Source: Minisyncoccia bacterium (GTDB taxonomy: Bacteria; Patescibacteriota; Patescibacteriia; Magasanikbacterales; UBA922). From it: DNA of 38,206 nt. The translations under genes and the position numbers were made by a program. The notes below the pieces were generated by a model, which saw nothing but the letters and a program-made list of their open reading frames with translations, ran no database searches and was not told where the DNA came from. How positions within the stretch are numbered: the stretch's first letter is position 1; each line of letters opens with the position of its first letter. The stretch lies in assembly GCA_042218115.1 (NCBI GenBank), contig JBDGRJ010000002.1, forward strand, positions 1 through 38,206, in the 5' to 3' direction. Shown one piece after another: positions 16,965-23,094 of this stretch.

Positions 16965-17150
16965 CTATTGGTCGGCCTCTAAACTCACCTCTTCAAGTGG
17001 TATCAAATCAGAACTTTCGTTTCTAGCTTGATTTAACCTCTGTTTTGCTTTTTTGCTCAACTGACTGTCCAAATCTGGATCAGTTAAAATTTTACTTATA
17101 GCCTTTGTGATAAAGGCTTTGTGTTGGGGGTCTAAATTATCTTGAGTCAT
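16965..17150 (-). CDS. putative cognate antitoxin (family not recognised)
   Basis: 61-aa helical/acidic protein directly upstream of, and translationally coupled to, the RelE/ParE gene. The assignment is positional only. Confidence 0.5.
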   Translation of the reverse strand: MTQDNLDPQHKAFITKAISKILTDPDLDSQLSKKAKQRLNQARNESSDLIPLEEVSLEADQ

Positions 17151-17209
17151 ATTATTTATAATTAATTTGTACTTAGTATAGCAGAAATAGTAGCATCAAA
17201 CAAGATGAA

Positions 17210-18613
17210 CTAAAACCTCACATCTTTAACGACATTGGCTCCGGCCAAAGCCAGCCCGATCGGCAGCCACATATGGACATTATAATACGAGGTATTAAAC
17301 AGCTGAAAAAACACGGCTCCGACAGCACTAATCAACAGCGCCGCCAACATCAACCGATCTATATGCGCACCTCTCTGTCGGCGCCAGACTTTGTAAAAAA
17401 CAGCCGACAAAAAGCTGCCAAAAGCAGCTAGACCGATCACCCCCTGCTCTAGTAAGATCTTCTGGACAAATCCGTGCGCATCCAGAGGTTCTCCGAAATT
17501 AATAACATATGACTTCACCTGCTCTAACATAGTCAAGAAAGTACCGGGGCCGTAGCCGAAGAAAGGGCTGTCTTGAAAGTAAAACCAAACAATCTTCAGC
17601 ACTTCTATCCGCCAAACATTTGAGGAAGTAATTACATGCGAAGTCAAAAAGTACAGCATATACCCGACAGACGGGACTAATCCAGCTATCAATAGATATT
17701 TCAGCTCCTTTCGGCGCTTAAATAGGTTTTTAACCCGCTCTTTGAAGACAAACAAGGCCAGCACCCCTTGAACCGATAAAGACAGCCATGCGGCCCGAGA
17801 TAAGGTCAATACACAAACAAGTACAATAAAGCTGGTAGCTGCAAACATCCATCTTTTTATCTTCGCTTTATTTCTAGTAGCGGATAGATACACAGCGGCA
17901 GGTACAACAGCCACCAAGCTTTCAGCTAAAATATTATGATTGTACTTCAGCGGTGCCCAACTATAGATTGAAAACGGCACCACCCGAGGCCAGCCGCCGA
18001 AGGTCAGATCGCGGATGAAAGCTATTCCGCCAAAACAAGCCACTGCAAACCCGGACCAAAACAAGACCCACAGCACTCGCTCGAGAGTATCACGATCATC
18101 GATCAAAGCTACCGGCAGTACCACAAAAGCCAGGTAGACAAAGAGAAGATTCCTCACTACATAATAGAGTGAATCATTGATCATACCGGGCGCAAAGACA
18201 AGCCAGGCCGAGATGAACCCGGAAAGTAAAAACGGGAGATAATATTTAAAGCAGTAGTCTTTTTTAACAAGTGCTGAGAAGCTGTAGCCTTTTATTTTAA
18301 GCAGTGAAACTACAGTCAACACTCCCAAGCCGAACAGAGCAATAAAATCGACCCAAGGGGCGTTTAACGCTGCTAAAGCCGGAAAGTCTTCTCTGATCCA
18401 GCTGAATCTAGCTAAGCTCAACCGCAGACCTATCGGCAGGCTCAAAGCAGCTGTAAGATACAAGATCAGATCGGGCTTGGCTATAAACACTACAAAAGCA
18501 AAAACTAAGAGCAAGAAAATTAAAGCGGGTAAGCTGAGCTTAAATAAAAAAAAGGCAGCAAGCAAAAAGACAGCTAGATAAATATAGTCTTTTATGCTAA
18601 GCTCAGATTCCAT
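17210..18613 (-). CDS. O-antigen ligase/polymerase-like (Wzy_C-type) polytopic membrane protein
   Basis: 467 aa with about 10-12 hydrophobic helices and a larger loop region (RAAWLSLSVQGVLALFVF...). The size and pattern are typical of the O-antigen ligase family. It sits at the head of the glycosyltransferase cluster. Confidence 0.7.
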   Translation of the reverse strand: MESELSIKDYIYLAVFLLAAFFLFKLSLPALIFLLLVFAFVVFIAKPDLILYLTAALSLPIGLRLSLARFSWIREDFPALAALNAPWVDFIALFGLGVLTVVSLLKIKGYSFSALVKKDYCFKYYLPFLLSGFISAWLVFAPGMINDSLYYVVRNLLFVYLAFVVLPVALIDDRDTLERVLWVLFWSGFAVACFGGIAFIRDLTFGGWPRVVPFSIYSWAPLKYNHNILAESLVAVVPAAVYLSATRNKAKIKRWMFAATSFIVLVCVLTLSRAAWLSLSVQGVLALFVFKERVKNLFKRRKELKYLLIAGLVPSVGYMLYFLTSHVITSSNVWRIEVLKIVWFYFQDSPFFGYGPGTFLTMLEQVKSYVINFGEPLDAHGFVQKILLEQGVIGLAAFGSFLSAVFYKVWRRQRGAHIDRLMLAALLISAVGAVFFQLFNTSYYNVHMWLPIGLALAGANVVKDVRF

Positions 18614-18633
18614 AAACTATTCATTAATTCACT

Positions 18634-18645
18634 TTTAGTATAGCA
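18634..18645 (-). promoter_or_regulatory. candidate extended -10 element (TGcTATACTAAA) of the glycan operon
   Basis: Minus strand reads atgcTATACTaaaag. The hexamer (18642-18637) lies 23 nt before the ATG at 18613. Similar motifs at the same spacing are seen at 14770-14781 and 17172-17183. Confidence 0.3.
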
Positions 18646-18862
18646 TAAGTCAATCTTTCACCAAGAATATCCACTAGTATCTTAACCCTTTGATTGTAAT
18701 TGAGAGAAACCATTCCTCTGGTCAGAAATACTTCTGAACACAGGAATAGGAGCCGCCACAGACATAGCTCAAGGATTGAGATGTCTGGGCGGCGTAGGAA
18801 AGAACAGTGGGGTCGAGTCTCCACACGGATGTGTGAAGTAGAGCTCGAACCCCGATGGAGAT

Positions 18863-18889
18863 GGCCGGGTCGGCTTACGCCACCCGGCC
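18863..18889 (-). terminator. GC-rich hairpin downstream of the Cys-rich lipoprotein gene (no U-run)
   Basis: ggccgggt (18863-18870) / acccggcc (18882-18889), an 8-bp stem with an 11-nt loop, about 45 nt after the stop at 18935. Confidence 0.3.
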
Positions 18890-18934
18890 GTGTAATTTCC
18901 CCTGACCACTCCGGGCGCAGGGGGGTGCCGATCA

Positions 18935-20728
18935 CTACTGGATCGTGCTGTCCTCCGGGTCGGCATCGTTGCCGTCCTTGGTGTCGTCCCCGTCGGAATC
19001 GGTACCGGGCTCGAACACCCAGTTGTATCCTCCGAGACCGTTCGGCTCCGTTCCAACGGGCGAAACGTCTAATCCGTCGTACTTGTAGCTTACTCTCCCG
19101 TCGACGATCTTCTTCTGCTCTTGACGGGCGGCCCACCAACTCTGATCCTTGTTGGTGACATTGAGCTCGCAGCGCCCAATGCCGGGGGTGTTCGGCTGTT
19201 GATAGACCAGCTCCTTCGCAGAGCCTCCAGCCGAAACTTTCTCCCCCCAGGGGATGATGACACCCCCCTGTTTGTCGGTGCAAACCATGAACAGCCGAAG
19301 CTGTTGCTGGTTCACCCCGGGGTTATGCCAGACCACTCTGAGAGTGGTCGGCGGGAGAGACTGCACGCAACGACCGTTTGAATCGCAGATTTCACCCTGC
19401 GGACAATCTGAGTCGTTGTTGCACGCCACCGAGGTATCGTTGCTGGCATCCATGCCAGCGTCTACGGTAGCGTCTGAGGTGTCCGCGGTCCCGGTATCGT
19501 GCGTATCCGGCGCGGCATCCGCGGTGTCAGTGCCTGCGTCCATGTCCATGCCCGAGTCGACCCCGACGTCCGTGCCGGAATCAACGGTCTGGCAGGTATT
19601 GTTCTTGCAGACCTGTCCTTGCGGACAATCGGCATCCCGAACGCAGTCGCCCGGGATACACCGTCCGGTGCCGGGGTGGCAGACCTTACCGGATCCGCAC
19701 TCGACGTCGGGCTGGGAGGCCTCCGTGCAGGAGCGGCAGAACCGCTCCATGCACAACGGTTCCTGGCCGGAGCAGTCGCCGTGAACTTGACACTCCGGCT
19801 TTTCACACCGGTTGCTGTACGGACTGCAGACCCGACTCGACGGACAGTCGCTGTCCGACCGGCAGAAGCCGCAGAAGAGCTGCGGCTTGCCGCCACAGGT
19901 AATCTTCAGGCAAGACGGACTGACTTGCTTCGGGTTTTCACACCCTTTTCCGTCTTCGCCGTCCTTGCCGTGAGGCAGACAGATCCCCGTGGGACCTGAC
20001 GCACATTTCATTGTGAGACAGGTCGAGGAGTCGTTCTTCGTGACCCCTGCGAGGTCACAGTCCTCGCCCGGGTCGCCTTTCGGGCCCCTGCAGTCCTTGC
20101 GATCGACCTTCCCGTCTCCGTTCCGGTCTTCATCAGGGTCCTTTTGGCCGTCGCCGTCGAGGTCCCAGCAATCTTCTCCATCGCTGCCGTCTTGAAGGCA
20201 GGCTTTGGAATTCGACTGCTGCTGACATTCGACGTGGAGGCAGACGCCGCCTTTTACGTCCTCCACTCGCGTGGAGCACTGGGGAGCGTCCTTTCCGTCT
20301 TCGCCCGGATCGCCTTTCGGTCCGACGCAAAGGCCGGACTCCTCGTTGCAGGTACCGGGTCGGCACTGTGAGTCTGTCGTGCAGTGTGCGTCCTCGCCGT
20401 CTTCACCATCTTCTCCCGGAGGTCCCTGCTTGCCTCTGCAGAGACCATCTTCGGTGCAGACCCCTTTTGGGCCGCAATCCTCGTCCGACTGACACTGCAG
20501 AACGCAGTAGCCAGTCTTGGTGCAGCCGGCACGGGGGCCGCAATCCTTATCTTTCTTGCAACGAACGACCGAATCGTCCTGTCCCGTGTCGGGCTCGATC
20601 GTGCCGGCGTCGGGCGCCGACGCGGAGCCGGAATTGCCGGCATCGAGATAGGGACGCTCGAACCCGCCGCACGAAACGACGGTGATCGAAGCGGCCACGA
20701 GCGCGAAGTACTTCGCGAGCTTGTTCAT
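18935..20728 (-). CDS. Cys-rich secreted lipoprotein with collagen-like G-x-y runs and a thrombospondin-type-3-like Asp repeat
   Basis: Signal peptide with lipobox (MNKLAKYFALVAASITVVSC-GG). There are 12 or more copies of the C-x2-D-x-DC-x(5-7)-C-x(3-5)-G-x-C motif. Short triplet runs are present: GPPGEDGEDGED, GPKGDPGEDGKD, GPKGDPGED. DLDGDGQKDPDEDRNGDGKVDRKDC resembles a Ca-binding repeat. The C-terminal ~130 aa contain a single Cys. The SD sequence is gggaggatgtcATG. Confidence 0.8.
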   Translation of the reverse strand: MNKLAKYFALVAASITVVSCGGFERPYLDAGNSGSASAPDAGTIEPDTGQDDSVVRCKKDKDCGPRAGCTKTGYCVLQCQSDEDCGPKGVCTEDGLCRGKQGPPGEDGEDGEDAHCTTDSQCRPGTCNEESGLCVGPKGDPGEDGKDAPQCSTRVEDVKGGVCLHVECQQQSNSKACLQDGSDGEDCWDLDGDGQKDPDEDRNGDGKVDRKDCRGPKGDPGEDCDLAGVTKNDSSTCLTMKCASGPTGICLPHGKDGEDGKGCENPKQVSPSCLKITCGGKPQLFCGFCRSDSDCPSSRVCSPYSNRCEKPECQVHGDCSGQEPLCMERFCRSCTEASQPDVECGSGKVCHPGTGRCIPGDCVRDADCPQGQVCKNNTCQTVDSGTDVGVDSGMDMDAGTDTADAAPDTHDTGTADTSDATVDAGMDASNDTSVACNNDSDCPQGEICDSNGRCVQSLPPTTLRVVWHNPGVNQQQLRLFMVCTDKQGGVIIPWGEKVSAGGSAKELVYQQPNTPGIGRCELNVTNKDQSWWAARQEQKKIVDGRVSYKYDGLDVSPVGTEPNGLGGYNWVFEPGTDSDGDDTKDGNDADPEDSTIQ

Positions 20729-20757
20729 GACATCCTCCCGGATGTTAGAGTCAATGT

Positions 20758-20838
20758 ACCCACAGAAAGATTCTGTGGGTGGCTCGAGTCTCTACGAGCA
20801 GACAATACACCTCAGTGCACTCTCTGCTCGTAGAGACT
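20758..20838 (-). promoter_or_regulatory. two strong stem-loops or inverted repeats in the leader of the lipoprotein gene
   Basis: A 9-bp stem acccacaga (20758-20766) / tctgtgggt (20772-20780). A perfect 15-bp inverted repeat agtctctacgagcag (20787-20801) / ctgctcgtagagact (20824-20838) with a 22-nt spacer. Both lie 30-110 nt upstream of the ATG at 20728. Confidence 0.5.
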
Positions 20839-20903
20839 GTGATCGGCAAATTTTAAAGAACATTCATAAACACCCTCATCACAACATACAACAATCATAT
20901 GCT

Positions 20904-20946
20904 GTGAAAAGGGCCGGGCGAATGGTCGGTGTGTCCATCGCCCGGC
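20904..20946 (-). terminator. intrinsic terminator of the coiled-coil/beta-barrel gene
   Basis: gccgggcgaatgg (20913-20925) / ccatcgcccggc (20935-20946), 12 bp with one bulge. On the minus strand it is followed by ccttttcac. It starts about 24 nt after the stop at 20970. Confidence 0.65.
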
Positions 20947-20969
20947 AGAGATTTTTCGCCAGAATCGGC

Positions 20970-21998
20970 TCAGAATTTGACTCTGAAACCGACCTGACCC
21001 CCCCTTCCTGCGTCCGTGCGTCCTGGCGAGGAGACCAGCCCGAAGTTACCCGAGCCGACCAGTGCGAACCGATCGGTGGGAGCCCATCGCAGACCGGCAC
21101 TCACCAGGTAGTACCGGAACTCCGTGAAACCTTCGCCCAGGTTTTCCGCCTGGGCGTATCCCAGGTGAACCGGGATCTCGAGCTCCGGGGTCACCTCGAT
21201 CGAGGTGCCGAACTCACCTTTGAAGGCGGGCCGACCTCGAGCCGCGGTAACGCCCCCTCCGAGTCCGAACTCTCCCTCGAGGGAGAGGTTGGACTCGTGG
21301 TAGGGTTTTCTCAAGGCCACCTTGGCCAGCCCTCCGGTGAAACCGGGTCCGCCGGAGAAGGAGAAGATCGAGAGCCCCCCGTAAGTGCGGAGACTCTCGG
21401 AATCCTGGCGCTTGTTTACCTTCTCGTTCTTTTGCGCCAGGCTCTTCGCCTGCTTGGCGGTCTCGGCGTTCTGCTCGAGGCGCTTCCGGATGCTCTCGAG
21501 CGATCCAGCAATCTTGACCAGCGCCTCGTGCTGGTCCTTGTTTTGCCGCTCGAGAGTCTTTGTTTTCCGGTCGTACTTCTCCTCGAGCTGCTCGAGGTCC
21601 TCCTGGATTTTCTCGAGCTTCTTGTTGACCGACTCCTTGTCGGCCTTCTTCTTCAGCTTCTTGTCGATCTCCTGGCTGATCTCCTTGAATCGCTTCTTCA
21701 CCTCAGAGGCATCGGCCTTGCCCCTCAGCTTCCGGTTCAACTCTCCGATTCGCTCGGAGAGCGACTCGTCTTTCTTCGACTGTTCGTCAAGCCGATCCTT
21801 GTTCAGCTCGGTTTTGCTCTCGACGAAGCGCAGCCTCTCGGCGGCGGTTCGCTGCCTTTTGTTCTGCTTGCACAGCTTGCGCTGTGCTTTCCTCTCGTAC
21901 GAGTCACACTTGACGTCGTTCCCACCGCCGGCAAAGGCGAAAGCGGGAACGAACAGGGCGATAGCGACGATCGTGAGGTTCAGCATCTCCTTGGTCAT
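20970..21998 (-). CDS. signal-peptide protein: long coiled coil plus a C-terminal outer-membrane beta-barrel-like domain
   Basis: The likely start is the Met at 21998 (MTKEMLNLTIVAIALFVPAFAFA-GG), preceded by gggagaccagacc. The ORF track extends to 22064. About 190 aa are heptad-like K/E/L-rich. The last ~140 aa alternate hydrophobic and polar residues with G-rich turns and end ...GQVGFRVKF. A C-terminal aromatic residue is the classical OMP signature. Confidence 0.7.
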   Translation of the reverse strand: MTKEMLNLTIVAIALFVPAFAFAGGGNDVKCDSYERKAQRKLCKQNKRQRTAAERLRFVESKTELNKDRLDEQSKKDESLSERIGELNRKLRGKADASEVKKRFKEISQEIDKKLKKKADKESVNKKLEKIQEDLEQLEEKYDRKTKTLERQNKDQHEALVKIAGSLESIRKRLEQNAETAKQAKSLAQKNEKVNKRQDSESLRTYGGLSIFSFSGGPGFTGGLAKVALRKPYHESNLSLEGEFGLGGGVTAARGRPAFKGEFGTSIEVTPELEIPVHLGYAQAENLGEGFTEFRYYLVSAGLRWAPTDRFALVGSGNFGLVSSPGRTDAGRGGQVGFRVKF

Positions 21999-22097
21999 GG
22001 TCTGGTCTCCCAGTGAAAGTATGGGTGTAAAACCCGTTAATGAAACGACGCTCTCACGAACCACCTAGGCAAAGCCTAAATGAGTTCGAATAAAGCG

Positions 22098-22131
22098 GGC
22101 AAGAAGTAGAATTTCATCTCTACTCCTTGCC
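22098..22131 (-). terminator. hairpin terminator after the 205-aa gene
   Basis: ggcaagaagtaga (22098-22110) / tctactccttgcc (22119-22131), 13 bp with one mismatch and an 8-nt loop. On the minus strand it is followed by cgctttattcg. Confidence 0.5.
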
Positions 22132-22179
22132 AAGCGACTCTCTGTTCTCATCCAGCGCAGATGCGCTAAGATGAGAGGG

Positions 22180-22797
22180 TCAGGAGTCGCTGTCCTTCTG
22201 GTGACGTTCCCGGATGTCTTGAATCCGATTGGAGACCACGTACTCGTTTTCGAACCAATACGCGATCTCGACGAGATCGCCGCAGTCTCCGGGGCTGTCG
22301 ACATCGGCGCAATGCTCGAGCGCCAATGAGGGGGTGGCCCCGATCAGCCCTTTGTAATCGTTGACGTGCTTCCACACGCCCTTCTTCTTCAGTCGGACCT
22401 TGACCCGTTCCTTCAGCGGCTCCTCTTCGTTCTCGGGCTCGCCGGAGTCGGTCTGATCGGGTTCCTTTCTCTCTTCGGACTGTTCGTCCGGGTCGGCCGT
22501 CTCCTTCTGGGCGGTCTTCTGCTTGTTGTCGTCGAAGTCGGTCGTGGCGGTCGTGGCGTTTCGCAAGATCGGCCATGCGACCAGGACGAACACGGCAACG
22601 GCGCCGAAAAGTGCCGCCAAAACCCCCAACCAAGTAGGGATGCCGCTGCCCGGGTCGCGCATCTCCTCGTCCTCCGGATCATCGGGCCCTTCGGGCTCCT
22701 GCTCGCCTTCCGGCGGCTTAGGGGGGCCGCCCGAATCGTCGGATCCGTGCATCTGGTCGGTTCCGGTTCGATCGCGAGAGTCGTCACCGTTGGACAT
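22180..22797 (-). CDS. bitopic acidic membrane protein of unknown function
   Basis: Strong SD (ataggaggacaaccATG). Acidic/Pro-rich N-terminus, one TM helix (IPTWLGVLAALFGAVAVFVLVAWPIL), an acidic linker, then a ~70-aa C-terminal globular region (VWKHVNDYKGLIGATPSLALEHCADVDSPGDCGDLVEIAYWFENEYVV). The competing frames are Arg-rich shadow ORFs. Confidence 0.6.
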   Translation of the reverse strand: MSNGDDSRDRTGTDQMHGSDDSGGPPKPPEGEQEPEGPDDPEDEEMRDPGSGIPTWLGVLAALFGAVAVFVLVAWPILRNATTATTDFDDNKQKTAQKETADPDEQSEERKEPDQTDSGEPENEEEPLKERVKVRLKKKGVWKHVNDYKGLIGATPSLALEHCADVDSPGDCGDLVEIAYWFENEYVVSNRIQDIRERHQKDSDS

Positions 22798-22980
22798 GGT
22801 TGTCCTCCTATCAAGTCGAGTAGTGAGAGGCGAAAAAGCCTCTCAGGTGAAAAGATCGCAGAACGTAGCCAAAAGCTACTTTAAATATAACGGACTTATA
22901 CTTAAAGCAGCCTTCGACTGTGATTGTAAAAGCGATTATAAGACCATATCATGATAAGACAATTTTGTCAAGTACTAACA

Positions 22981-23021
22981 ACAAAAAAATACAAAAATCT
23001 CACCTTTTAAGCGAGATTTTT
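22981..23021 (-). terminator. intrinsic terminator closing the giant-protein operon
   Basis: Minus-strand RNA reads aaaaaucucgc-uuaaaag-gugagauuuuu followed by guauuuuuuu. The single plus-strand a:c mismatch becomes a G:U pair only in the minus-strand transcript, which supports this orientation. It lies 74 nt after the stop at 23095. Confidence 0.65.
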
Positions 23022-23094
23022 GCTAAATTAAGCGAATTGTTTAATTAAGACTTCTAGCTAAGCCTGAGACGTAATATTTTTAAAAGACGGAGTG

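Larger units (their letters stand above)
18740..22870. other. GC-rich compositional island carrying three diderm-style genes
   Basis: Base composition changes abruptly at about 18,740-18,790 and about 22,860-22,900. One sampled line (19441-19500) is 63% GC, versus 28% for 25681-25740. The genes inside have GGAGG-type ribosome-binding sites and GC-rich terminator hairpins. Confidence 0.8.

Noticed and set aside
18808-18862. T-loop-like strings ggggtcgagtctcc (+) and ggggttcgagctc (-) near the left island boundary, considered as a tRNA-derived attachment site
   Set aside because: Neither forms a 5-bp T-stem with a 7-nt loop. No matching repeat exists at the right boundary and no integrase is present.
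18624-19283. 219-aa minus-strand ORF overlapping the 3' end of the Cys-rich lipoprotein gene and running into AT-rich DNA
   Set aside because: It is an Arg/Gly-rich out-of-frame translation of the lipoprotein gene region. It crosses the compositional boundary and has no plausible start context.
20682-22068. Long + strand ORFs (20682..22016, 444 aa; 21385..22068, 227 aa) and many 60-170-aa ORFs on both strands between 18,700 and 22,950
   Set aside because: They are shadow ORFs, expected in ~63% GC DNA. Their translations are L/R/S/P-rich low complexity with no signal or domain pattern and no SD sequence. They lie opposite or out of frame to minus-strand genes that have signal peptides, SD sites and terminators.
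18740-22870. Calling the GC-rich island a mobile element (integrative element, prophage or transposon)
   Set aside because: I recognise no integrase, transposase, recombinase, conjugation or phage gene, and no terminal inverted repeats. The only hint is a 9-nt direct repeat, which could be chance. It is reported as a compositional island only.
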